DNA of 62,942 nucleotides, counting the filler, from Octopus bimaculoides (Eukaryota), in the NCBI RefSeq assembly GCF_001194135.2. It is 6 parts of 6 records of this genome, joined end to end, with 100 filler letters (N's around TTAATTAATTAA, not from the genome) between each part and the next. Parts side by side here need not be neighbours in the genome. Positions count along the whole stretch, not along the records: positions 1 to 28,701 come from NC_068984.1; 5 more parts are not named here. One strand, written 5' to 3'. The translations under genes and the position numbers were made by a program. Positions within the stretch are counted from its first letter, which is position 1, and every line of letters starts with the position of its first letter. The notes beneath the pieces were generated by a model. That model was not told the DNA's origin and did no database searches. It saw nothing but the letters and a program-made list of their open reading frames with translations. This document shows, in pieces, positions 11,721-23,300 of this stretch.

Positions 11721-13499
11721 CGGAGCAGGTTTCAATCACCATACGTTAATTGTAACATATCATCTAAAGGTGGCGATGAATTTTGTAAATAAAAAAAACT
11801 TATATTGCATGTTATTGGATATGCATGTATTTTTCTGGGATTTTTTATATACATACCACTGACCACTCTGAATTAATTCCCTTAGGTAATTTTCGTTTAA
11901 TTATGCAAATTATCTAAGCCATAAATGTGTTCTACTTCTTTTTGAAAAGACTAGAGGATAACATAGAATAATTGTCATGCTGATGACGTTTATTGAGGAA
12001 GTAACACAGTCTTTTTATCTACAGGCAATAGGCCCAACCTTTTCTTTACTGGCTTGTCAAATTTGGAGAACTCTTGATTCTTGAGATTATCTCGCTTTCT
12101 ATGATGGAAATGGTCTCAATTACGATGTGATAATTATGTTACATCGTTTAAAGGCAGAAATTATATTAATAAGTTAAACATTTATATAGTGTGGTATTTG
12201 ACAAACCGGTTTTTGTCTTTGTTATCGAACTTGGCCGCTTTGTGTTATTTCTCTTAATTCATTTTGGTTTAATATATGTGTGTGAATGTATGCCCTTGTA
12301 TATCACATTAAACTGCATCCGTCAGTAAATATATAAAATCTTTATTATGTTTCAACCATGTCCTCCACTTAATCATTCAGCTTCTATAAATGTTTTACCT
12401 CTCACTACATCGAAATATAGCTTAATTGTTTACTACTTTAGATGTAGGGAGTGACATTCTTATCTATCTTCGTTATAGCGGTGTCCTCTATTTTGCTTTT
12501 TTGACGATCAATTGTTGCTGCTTACTTAATTTAAGTCAGTTTTCATCGTGTCGAGCTATGATGAAAGGCATTCAAGTTATAATCATCTCAGCGTTTTAAG
12601 GTATCTGGAAATGTGTTATCTAACGAGTTCTTCCTTCCATTTTATTATCATTAACTGTTATTAAGGGGGGATATAGCTGATTTTCTAGCAGGCTGAGCAA
12701 CTGCGTAGCGGCTCTTTTTGACTATTTTTAATAATGTTGTTTTACATTGGAGAAACTGTCACAAATTTGACGGTTGAATATACCCATTACATGACTGGTA
12801 CTTATAGAATTGTTCTCCACGTAAGATGAAAGAAATATAAATTAATAACGTGAGAGCTGAAAGTGGGACGTAAAGGGGGTCAAAACAAAATATAGCTGAT
12901 CTACTATTTTTCTCAAGTCATTGTTTTTAACTGTCCTAATATCAATTTCTTATTTAGAAACACCTTATGAATTCAAGACACTAGATGTGTAGTGTATGTG
13001 TAATGATTTTGGCTCTATGAAATACACTAAAAGTGATGTAAATCCTTTCATAAGTTTCACTGGGGACATGAAACCCGTGCACGACTTTAGTCTTTAGTCA
13101 TCATGGCTCTGCTCCACAATTCCTGAATAGAACATCGGTCTATCGTAGAAGCCATGTCAATACAATGTGCAGCAAAAAAGGAAAAATAAAAAGAAACTGA
13201 CGACATAAGACAGCTTACAGCAGTGAATTCTTTCACACAGTTATATCTAATTAAGTGTAAAAGGCTCGCTAAAAGTTAAGTTTTTATAATTGGTTCTATG
13301 AACGATACTGTGCATTAACTCCAAAAACTAACGATTTTCTTTATTGCTTTTGTTTCTGTTAGTCAATATCTTATCGAATCGGCCAAATGTTGTTTACCCG
13401 AGTCTCTGCCTGACTCCCACGACAACGATTCTCTTTGTGTAATTACTGTGATAAAATTTGAGTCAAGACTTTATCAGAGGCTAAGATGTGGTTCATTCT

Positions 13500-13640
13500 G
13501 TCATTATATCGTCTACGATGTCAACTTCCATCCCTTCGGGGTCGATAAAATAAGTACCACTTGAAGACTGGAGACGATATAAACAACTTACCCACTCCCT
13601 GGAAATTGCTGGCTTTATGCCAAAGTTTGAAACCATTGTA
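13500..13640 (+). mobile_element. CORE-type SINE fragment
   Basis: catcccttcggggtcgataaaataagtaccacttgaagactgg...ggctttatgccaaagtttgaaacc. Confidence 0.7.
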
Positions 13641-13984
13641 TTGTTTATGATGTATCCTTCATATATTCTCATATAAGATAATTCTGCCAAAGTAAACCAT
13701 TACTTATGAAACATTTAACTATCCATTAGTTATATATTTACTTTGACGCATTCACAACTAAACCAGTTTCTGTTTTTCTCTTTTAAATAATCATCAATTT
13801 TCTGTTATTATTTTATATCTGTTGCTCGCCAAGTGGAGTGAAAGAATTGGTAGAAGTGTCCCAGAGAACTTCTTTTTCCAGTATTCAGTTATAGTGCTAT
13901 ATATTTCTGCGTTCAAACCCAGCCTAGATTGATTTCATTTTTCAGTCTCGAACCGATTGACAATACCATCCCTAATCTTAGAAT

Positions 13985-14240
13985 GTCACGTGATCACGTC
14001 ACCGACCAGACTATCAGTTGTTGTTATACATTGCTGGTCACAATGCGTTTTTACATCGTTTCAGCTTTCGAATGCTGTCACCCCGCTTTCTAGGTGATCA
14101 GGCCAACACTGATTGAGAGGGGGACTAGAGGGACGTGAAATAAAGCTCAAGAACACAACGTGCCACCCGATCTGAGAATCGAATCCACGATCTAGCGATC
14201 ATGAGTGCAACAGCCTAACTACTAGGCCACGTGCCTTCAC
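13985..14240 (-). mobile_element. tRNA-derived SINE
   Basis: Minus-strand head gtgaaggcacgtggcctagtagttagg..(A box)..gtggattcgattctc (B box), followed by gtgttcttgagctttatttcacg. Confidence 0.7.
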
Positions 14241-14330
14241 AATGTTAGAATGTAGAAGATGTAAAGTGAAAAATAACTTCACCAGTATATAGTATTCATT
14301 AACTTCTAAACGTTTAGACTCTATAATTAA

Positions 14331-15477
14331 CACAAGAAGGACCGGACTTTTCACCAACCTTTAAGGACAAGGATGCGTCAATTGACGTAAAGATACTTTT
14401 CAATTTGAAAGGAAAGAAAAAGAGAAGGAGAAGTAGAAAACATTTATTACATATATGAATCTACTGAATGATATCTTCTGAATGATATCAGTCGAAATAG
14501 TTTGATATTATGAAAGAAATTTATCCGTACAAAATCAAAATAAATTTATTAAAATTCTAAACAATCATCGCAACGTTTTGGCACACATTTGCCACACAGA
14601 AGCTTTTTTCAGACTCCATACATTTCTGTAGTTCTTGTTCGGCATTTTGTTTTCACATATGTACGTCTGATTTTATAACTAAAGGAAGATGTTTCCTCAA
14701 TAGGGCGTTTGACGGAACATAAACGACCATGAGGTGAACCACCACAAAGTTCTGCAGCAACATTTTGAATGTATTCCCGTTGACTAATGACTGAGTTGTA
14801 AACACTTGTGTATAATACCCAGCTGTTTATAAGAGCAACGTCCGAATTACTATTAAAAACAAGAAGTGCATTGGCCATCGTCTACTGCTTGCTTTGACTG
14901 AATAAAGGCAAGTACGTCTACGCTACCTTATTTTTGTTATAAAAAATTATGGTGTCAGGCTTCTTCTTGGGGTTATTTTCAGAAGGAACTTCTGCATGTT
15001 GATGTAAAGTACTCAAAACAACAACAGATTATGAGTTTTTGCACTGGTACTATGCGTGACAGTTGGCTTCTCTGTGGATTTCAAAACCAATTTCATGGAC
15101 TGGTTTCACCTGTTTTACTGCTTCTGGTAATTCCCTTCTGTTCTGACGAATTGTTCCGATTAAACTGCTGTTTTGTTTTGTGAGTTGTAAAGGCTATGCA
15201 ATTACTGACTGTTTAAAACGTTATCACATGTACTCATAAACAAAAGCAGGTGCAAGTTTCAGAATTTGTCAATGCGTCAATTGACGCATTTGGTCCTTAT
15301 AGGTAGTATATAATTTTTTTTTCTGGTGGTGCAAACAATCTATAATTTATAGTGTATATAGATATCATAAAACTATGAAAAGCCAAGCACCATGATGTCA
15401 AAATCTACAATTGTTTTTGAATTGTGTGTAATTAAGATTTCAAAGTGCGTCATTTGACGCACTCAATCCTTCTGATG
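14331..15477 (-). mobile_element. Internally deleted piggyBac transposon
   Basis: Minus strand: SLIGTIRQNRRELPEAVK..SVVVLSTLHQHAEVPSENNPKKKPDTIIFYNKNKV..DVALINSWVLY..plus remnant Cys-rich C-terminus. TTAA at 14327-14330 and ctaa at 15478-15481 flank ends related by ca..agaagga; subterminal inverted repeats contain tgcgtcaattgacg. Confidence 0.9.
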
Positions 15478-16184
15478 CTAATTCATTCTGAACGTAATAA
15501 AATGCATACCTCCATGCACCGTTTTATTATTTTCATATGATACAGTCATTACGACTAATCTTTCTCTTGTTATGCAATTCGAAAACACAGAACAGATGTA
15601 TAAAGCATAAAGGGCAACATAACTTGACTAATATACCGTAGTGTGTCACAAAAGAAATGCGATCTCATGATTCGTTAACGTATATACATTTGGCATTTTT
15701 AAGAAATACTCTCTAAACATTTTCACATGCGCACCTCTATATACTACTGGATTATTCTTATAGAACGAATCTTTCTCTAACTTTGTAATTTGTAAAAAAA
15801 ATCGTCAAAGGGGTCACCACTGAAAATTTGTTCTTCAGGTAGAGTACTAAGATAAATGAAATAAAACAGCTCAACCTGAAATCAAACCCGGATCGCAGAA
15901 TCGATGCATTAGCAGCTTCAAAATCTTTGTACAGCTGCTAGAACACAATAAAATGTATATATGTGGATCATCCACGCTTGTAGGTGGGTAAGTATGTATT
16001 CGGATATAATTGTTAACAGACTCATCATTATCTGAAGACAAATTACAAAAAGAAGAAAAAAAATTAACATCATTGTTTTTTTAATGCTTTTGTTGAATAT
16101 AAGATGAATATTAAATAAAAAATGGAGAACTGCTGAAGATAATTAATATGAACACGCACACATGAATAAAGATAGGTACTGCTT

Positions 16185-16326
16185 GTGTTTGTGTGTGTAA
16201 AGAGATATATGTGTGTGTGTAGATGTGTGTGCGCGTGCGTGTGCGTGCACGTATGTATTTGTATGAATGTGTATATGCAGATGCATATATATACATGCAC
16301 ACATACATGCATACATACATGCATAC

Positions 16327-16405
<79 letters not shown>
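16185..16405. repeat. Compound (TG)n/(CATA)n/(TA)n/(CA)n microsatellite
   Basis: Directly visible; explains the VCVC/YIYI/THTH ORFs. Confidence 0.99.
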
Positions 16406-16407
<2 letters not shown>

Positions 16408-17063
16408 AAGAGAAAGAGACTTAGAGAGATTTTCATGCAATATTTTCTAATTTTTGTCCGACAGAATTTCCACGCTGGTGAAATCTGTAGGTCATTTAGT
16501 AAAATCTATAACCATTCGGCAGGCGATCGATTTTAACTCTATTTATATCGATTTAAAACTCTATTTATATGCTGACCTGGTTACATTGAAATGAATGGAG
16601 AAAAAGGCGTTCGGTAAGTAATCAAGCCATTCTTGTCCACCATCTGACACGCCTGATCGATAGCGGTTTTATCAGAACAAGCCAGACAAAAGTTAATATA
16701 GACGTGGATTCGATTCTTATAGACTTACTTCCACATCTCTTTTCAAATGAATTCATTCTGGATCAAGCAAAACTTCTGTATATTTGCAGCTTCGCTAATT
16801 CTTTCTTAGCAATAGAATCTTTTATCCCATTTTCTTTATCTATTTTACATTTTTTATATGAATCGCTTATCGTCTGCTTTTCATTCATTTTTTTTTCTTC
16901 TATTCTCATTAAAAGATTCATGAAGAAAATAAATGAGAGGGATATTGTCCGAGCAAAATTATTTCCCATACAAATGTATTAAGATAAAATGGCCCACATA
17001 CTTCTTCTTTCCTCTTCCTACTTCTACCTTAACTTCTTCATTAGAATCATATTCTATTTTTTA

Positions 17064-17126
<63 letters not shown>

Positions 17127-17992
17127 TAGTTTGTTAATTTTCTTTATTATCCACTTCGTTTCCTCTATCTGTCTGACTCTCTGAATCGTCTTTCCCGTTC
17201 TCTACCCATCACCTCTTCTCTTCTCATCTCTTCGCATCTCTTCTCTTCTCTTTTCTCTTCCTTATGTACCTCCTGCTTCTTTTGGTAAACATATCGAGAT
17301 TTTACTTTTGGCAAAGAAATATAAATATCTGATTAGGATAATGAATCAAAGGAAACTTATATATTTTATTCTCTTCTATTCTGTTTTGTCACTCTGAATG
17401 GAAGACAGGTTTAAACATATATCGAATAAATCGGAGTCTGGAAGAAGCTGTGAATAGGCAAAAAGAAAGAAGAAAAAAAGAATGTTTTTTGATGGCGAAT
17501 AACTGAGATAGTCACGTTTCTCTTAATTCTTTATTGAAATAGATTAGCATACATGCTAACTTCATTGTTCATATTTTGCTTTATTTTATATTATATTTGC
17601 AAGAAATTTGTTTTCAAAGAAAAAAAATCTTTATGGTAAACTGCTGAATATTTTGACTTAATAAAGGTTTTCTTGAAAAACGGCAAGATTTTAAAACATG
17701 AAATTATCGAAATATAAAGGCAGAATTTTATATTTAAGTGTAGTTCTTCAATTTCAGGATATTTATATCAGCGTAGCTTACTTTCTAAAGATACCATGAC
17801 CTGAATCTGACGTGCAATACCTGATTAAAATATGGGGCATAAAACAGTGTCTTCTTGTTTCAAAGACTATTTTATTAATGTAAGTAGCTAAGTTTTTTTT
17901 TAAGTAATACCTAAACAGCTTTTTAAAATTTAAGTTTTTACGTTAAAACTGACCCTGACAAACTATATTTTAACAACAGGATAAATACTTAA

Positions 17993-18024
<32 letters not shown>

Positions 18025-18039
18025 AAATGATAATAATAA

Positions 18040-18130
18040 TGATGGCTTCAACTTTTGATACAACGCTCAACTGGTACTTATTTCATCGACCCCGAAAGGA
18101 TGAAAGGCGAAGTTTACCTCGGCGGAATTT
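18040..18130 (-). mobile_element. CORE-type SINE fragment
   Basis: ctggtacttatttcatcgaccccgaaaggatgaaaggcgaagtttacctcggcggaattt is the reverse complement of the SINE core. Confidence 0.8.
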
Positions 18131-18450
18131 ACGTGGCACTTTGGTTAAGTGTCTTCTCCTATAGCTCCCGACCAATCAGTACTTTGTGAAACTGCTAGAC
18201 AGAAACAGTGTGGACGACCGTCGTGTATAAGTATATAGATATGTGCGTGTATGTATGCATGAGTGTGGCTGTATTTGTGTTTATGGTTCCCTATGCACCG
18301 CTACTCAAGCGGTTCGGCAAAAGAGGCCGATATAAATATCAGACTTTAGATAAAAAAATACTGGGATCGATATGTTCAATTAAAACCCTTCACGGCAGTG
18401 CCCAAACTTGGTCGTAATTCATTAACTGAAACAAGTTGAAGATAGAAGAT
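18131..18450 (+). mobile_element. Diverged copy of the long SINE with internal (TA/TG) tract
   Basis: gtggcactttggttaagtgtcttctcctatagc..gcggttcggcaaaagaggccgat..ctgaaacaagt is colinear with 25604-26014. Confidence 0.7.
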
Positions 18451-19244
18451 GAAATTGATTTTAAAGGAAATAACTAAATAATCACTAAAAGCGATTTTGT
18501 TCCAGAAAGCTGGCATACGGCCAACAATCCCAGCACCAACAAATCTGAGTTCTTAATGTCTTTATCAAGAAGATCCCTTCACCATAAATAAATTGATAGG
18601 ATCAATAATAGCGTGTAAGTTCTCGACAAACCGTGACTAGTTTTCTATGAAGAGTTGGAGCCTCTTCACGAATCTTGTTAGAATCTTTATATGTCTGTCA
18701 GGAGAGAATGAATGCAATGTCCGTGACATTAGTAGGACGTCTCAGTTTTGTATGATTGATGTAGGCGCTGTTGGACATGAAGTACGTCTTCGTCAATTTT
18801 TGGTATGAAAGGCGCAGGCGAAGATCGACTTTAAGACGGTTCCAGGTACAGGAAAAATTTAGGTGTGGGAGAATCAGTTAACGTTTCGTTTGGGAAATGG
18901 AACGATATAACAGTGGACCTCGATGAAGAGAGTATGGAACTAATTATTTAAGCAGAATATAGATACATACATACATACATACATACATACANNNNNNNNN
19001 NNNNNNNNNNNNNNNNNNNNNNNNNNNNNNNNNNNNNNNNNNNNNNNNNNNNNNNNNNNNNNNNNNNNNNNNNNNNNNNNNNNNNNNNNNNNNNNNNNNN
19101 NNNNNNNNNNNNNNNNNNNNNNNNNNNNNNNNNNNNNNNNNNNNNNNNNNNNNNNNNNNNNNNNNNNNNNNNNNNNNNNNNNNNNNNNNNNNNNNNNNNN
19201 GAAGTTTGCTTTTAGAAGCGTTGAGATGTCTTCGAAAGTTAAAG

Positions 19245-19502
19245 AAGTGATTTTAAATTCTCAATCGCAGAATAATGCTAATAATATAGCCTGAACAGGA
19301 TAAACTACCCCTATTTTGCAGAGAAAAGTGTAGGTGGCTAGCTGTCAAAGCATCGGTCAAAGCATCGTGACGCGTAATCATGGGGATGTGAGTTCGAGTC
19401 CACAGCTAGCCACCTACACTTTTCTCTGCAAAATAGGGGTAGTTTATCCTGTTCAGGCTATATTATTAGCATTATCCTGCGTTTGAGAATTTAAAATCAC
19501 TT
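19245..19502. repeat. Long inverted repeat: 101-bp arms (19245-19345 / 19402-19502), 2 mismatches, 56-nt spacer
   Basis: Arms aligned by eye. Confidence 0.95.
19356..19403 (+). pseudogene. tRNA-Thr(CGT)-like fragment (D-arm remnant, anticodon arm, T-arm)
   Basis: ggtcaaagcat-cgtga-cgCGTaa-tcatg-gggat-gtgag-ttcgagt-ccac: 5-bp anticodon stem with 7-nt loop and B-box GTTCGAGTC; acceptor stem absent. Confidence 0.55.
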
Positions 19503-19774
19503 TAAAATCTGAAGGTGAGATAGAAAATAATCTTTATAATCTACTTGAATTGAGATGGGGGTCATGTTAATGTTCTCCCATCGAGCAAGAATCCATGAAA
19601 AAGAGTCATCACAAAATTTCAAAAATAAAATAATTTGGGATAAAGAAAGAAAAAATCAAATTTTAGCACACATTTTATGACAGTAGGATACAGCGAGTAC
19701 ATTGTGAAGCAGAGTTAGGATAAGAAAGTTTAATTTATCATCATCATCAGCATCAGCATCATTATTATTATTAT

Positions 19775-20052
19775 TTTATGTTTGACTTTTGCTTTGCATT
19801 TGTACAAGTTGGATCCAAGTCTCACCCAGAGACCTCAAGAGACAACAAGTTAGAAGTTCATGTAGGTGTTATGACTAGGGTACCATATATTTGAATTTGT
19901 ACATACTGTTGTTCTAGAGAATGTTTAAGAAACCATAAGAAAATTATGTGTTTGGTTTAAAATTTGATCTCACATAGACAGTATTTTACGTAGGATATGG
20001 GCAGTTCCCATGAGCACTATCTTTTGAACGTCAGCCATTTTGGGGTTTCCTG

Positions 20053-20054
<2 letters not shown>
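19775..20054 (-). mobile_element. Dong/R4 3' end (C-terminus, 3' UTR, (AAT)n tail)
   Basis: PGNPKMADVQKIVLMGTAHILRKILSM* (stop at 19970-19972; one frameshift); 3' motif gaggtctctgggtgagacttgg; ATT arrays on both sides. Confidence 0.88.
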
Positions 20055-20119
<65 letters not shown>

Positions 20120-20125
20120 CATCAT

Positions 20126-20720
20126 TATTAACAGAATCTACTTCCCTAGCCATTTCTTGTAGCTTCCTTCTGTTGGTTCTTTTTAATGCTGCCAATCTTT
20201 TACTTACTTCTTTACTTATTACTTTCTGCAACTGATCTGAAAACTTCTTATTTTCCTCACTTAAATCACTTAAGTCGTTTGTGCCAGTTTTCCAATCCTT
20301 ATTGGTAGCGCTATTATTATTTTTTTCCCTTTAGGTTCTTCTTTGCTTTGAGCTGTATCTCTTATGTTGTTTGTCTTTCCCACTGCCTGTTCTTTCTTTT
20401 CCAATTCTCTTGTGATCTCTTTTACCCCCAATTCTGTCACCCACTTTTTTTTCCCTAATAGCATTAGATTGATCAACTAATCTCTGCTCATTCACTTTAA
20501 ATGTACCCTTTTCTACCCACAAAGTGTTAACATCCGTTTTCTATAGCCCCGTCTTCTCGGTTCATTTTCTAAGTGGCACTGTATCACTATCCTGTTTTCT
20601 TCGCTGGTCCGCTTCCTCCTCCTTGCTCTATCTGCTGATGGTCAGCCTGCATCTTTACTGATCCACAGCCTTCCCTTAAAGGTCCAGCTTCATTTTCGAT
20701 GTTACAACTAGAGTTCTTCG
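20126..20720 (-). mobile_element. Dong/R4 N-terminal ORF fragment
   Basis: IQCHLENEPRRRGYRKRMLTLWVEKGTFKVNEQRLVDQSNAIREKK/WVTELGVKEITR..KRLAALKRTNRRKLQEMAREVDSVNN matches the GYRKRM..W..EQRL.DQ N-terminal motif of Dong/Rex6-type elements. Confidence 0.8.
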
Positions 20721-20849
20721 GAAACTCTTGTCTCCCATAAACTGAAGTAAGCTAACGTTCGTCACCATCGTCATCACCACTATTATTTTTCGACACATGA
20801 AAGTTTCAAGCAGCTTCATATTGCATCATTTGTTGCACCATTGTGCTGG

Positions 20850-21080
20850 TGGGGTGGGGTGTGCTGCATTTTTGGGGGAGGTGTGGGATGTATTGTACCA
20901 GTATGTTTTGCTATGGGGCTTTGTTTGAGTCTTCTGTTGTATAAGTCTTTATATTGTGTAGAGCAGGCTGTGTTCTTCTGTCGGGTATCGGCCTTCTATG
21001 GCACATGTGTGTTCCCTTAATTTTGTTGGGTATTTACAGTTTGAATTCATTCTTATATGCTTTTGGAGGGGTGTTGCATA
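20850..21080 (-). mobile_element. Possible heavily decayed Penelope GIY-YIG fragment
   Basis: ..NCK..TCAIEGRYPTE..TEDSNK..YxxNTSH.. loosely fits CNC..CPLxGxCxTxxxxY..YIGxT; needs several frameshifts. Confidence 0.35.
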
Positions 21081-21214
21081 GTAGTGTGTGTATGTGTGTG
21101 TAACTCCTAAATCAACTATTTTATAGTATTTATGATTATCCGCCCGCCGTTCTTTTGCTTGGTTTTGTTATGGGTTCCGTTAATTATTATTATTATTATT
21201 ATCATTATTATTAT

Positions 21215-21645
21215 TATAACTTTCCTTATCATCTTTCAATTCTGTTTCCTTTTCTTGTCGACTGCCTTCTTGGCACCTAAGGCAGATAAACGCACTGTAT
21301 ACATTTGTAGGCCATTAAAATAATCACATTAGATCGTTCGTTTACAAAGTCATGTGATAGAAAAAGGGAAAGAAAGACAGGGAGAAAAAGAAAAAATATA
21401 AGCTATAAAAGTAAACAAAGAAAATAAAGTGCAAAAAAGGAAAGAAAATTCACAGCGGCAATGCTCTCCTTAATACGTGTGACGTACCAGTTAATACAAT
21501 CTTTTGCGCTTCCCACATGGATGTTAATCCAGAGATCATTCTTCAATAATTTTCAGTTCATTTTTTTTATCATTCCAAGTGCTCCTACAATCACTGGTAT
21601 TGTGACCGTCTTGAGATGCCATCTTTGCTCTTACTACTGTGTGGT
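21215..21645 (-). mobile_element. Dong/R4 3' end, second subfamily
   Basis: RWHLKTVTIPVIVGALGMIKK..EAQKIVLTGTSHVLRRALPL*; 3' motif ccttaggtgccaagaaggcagtcgacaag, then (AAT)n at 21180-21215. Confidence 0.88.
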
Positions 21646-22084
21646 ATTATTTAAATGTTGTTTAGTTTCGACTTTTGTCTTGTACTTGAGATAATCGTAA
21701 ATATGTGAGGGTTGGAGGAACAGTAGGAGAAAAAAGAGCAGCTTGGTGAATAGTCCAAATTCCACAGGTCTGTAAACAGGTTCTGCAGATGGTGAGGAGA
21801 TCAATAATGGGGCTTCGCATTCCTGTGAAATCGGGGGACCAAAGAAGCGTCACACCCTTCCGGTCAGCAGATGTCAAATGTGATTACTACTACTAGCGAT
21901 CAATGAGAGCGTTGACCATGACCCCTTGGAAACAACCAATTCACCTTGTTGTTTTAAATTACGGACAGAAATATAATATATATATATATACTGATGTTTA
22001 CCTCGTTGAACTTTTGAATTTTGGGATTTGTTGAATTTTCCTTTTATTTTCATAGGTTTTACTTATTATTATAATTATTATTAT

Positions 22085-22174
22085 GTTTTTCTTTTCTTCT
22101 TTCTTCAAATTTTCTTCCATTTCTCGCCGAGTGTTTTTCGTACACCTAGGGCAGAGAAACTCGTTGTATGCATT
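22085..22174 (-). mobile_element. Dong/R4-like 3' terminus (same family as 2891-3005)
   Basis: Near-identical to the 2891-3005 segment; adjoins an ATT tract. Confidence 0.6.
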
Positions 22175-22184
22175 NNNNNNNNNN

Positions 22185-22578
22185 CTGGTAAGGGTACACC
22201 AGGCACATGCATCACAACCATATGTGCGCGACATGGTGATTTCATATGAAGATAAACAGTACATGACCTCGCAGGTGGGGCCCAGTTAGAATTTTCTTCA
22301 GGTCGAGTAGCCCATCCCGCTCAAAAGGTCCCGCAATAAGGTTTGTTTAAGGATGTTGAGCAAAACACCCATGTTTCCAAAGGTGAATTATTCAAACCCG
22401 AAAGAATTCCTCTCAACACATGGCTATGATGCTCCCCCACTACTTCTGCTCATGATCAAAAATGCACATATCGTCAGCCAACAAGGGACATGCTCAACTT
22501 TTTAAGGTCAAGCAACTGACAAGCAAATCTGTGGTATTGAGCAGAATATTTGCTGTAGCCCATCTTTTATACCAAGAC

Positions 22579-22580
<2 letters not shown>
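22185..22580 (-). mobile_element. Family B retroposon
   Basis: Colinear with 1555-1871; bounded by (ATT)n 22581-22628. Confidence 0.8.
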
Positions 22581-22628
<48 letters not shown>

Positions 22629-22629
<1 letters not shown>

Positions 22630-23300
22630 AAGATGGTGTGTATTTTAAGATCCCACATTCAGATTATCTCTATTTCCAGATCTTTTTATTTGTATTATTT
22701 CTCCATTTAATCTAGATTTACATTGTCATGTGTTGGGATTGCTATGTTGATTAGGAGGTATTTCTCTTTATGGTGGTTCTTACTTCACAACAATATCTGA
22801 ATGGTTAATCTTGATCTCCTTGTCTGAGTCTTTTGACATATCCTCGAATACGGTTGCTTTGTCATTTTCGGAGACCTTTTCTGTTATATGTCTATACCAT
22901 ATCTTTTCTCTTGGTATTTCCTCATGTTGATATAACTTTCCATGTTTATAAGTCCCAACTCTGTCATGTCTATCAATTAATTCTTTCTTGACTGAGACAG
23001 GGCAGCCAGATATAATGTAGCGAATTTGTATTTATTTTTTTTCCCTCTCCACATATTCTGAAGTTACAAACAGTATTCTGCTTCATTAAACGTTTTTGGT
23101 GAATTTTGGTTGAAAATCTTTGGTCCTGTGCCAGCTGTTTCTATTTTCAAACTTCGTAGATGTTTTTTTGTTTCATTTGGATAGCTGGATCGTATCTATA
23201 TTTGCTTCACAAGTACTGTTTTTACTCGTGTATAAGTCGTGTCCCTAATTTAATGTTAAATTCTGGTACAAAATGTTTTCCCCATCATATATTAAACTTT
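22629..23300 (-). mobile_element. Dong/R4 REL-endonuclease fragment lacking its 3' end
   Basis: REKIWYRHITEKVSENDKATVF..DKEIKINHSDIVVK..KYLLINIAIPTHDNVNL..KDLEIEII*MWDLKIHTIF, then (AAT)n. Secure for 22629-23000; upstream extent approximate. Confidence 0.85.

Noticed and set aside
17758-17880. Plus-strand exon candidate (tttcAG...GTAAGT)
   Set aside because: Stops in all frames and an unremarkable AT-rich context; weaker than the 46109 candidate.
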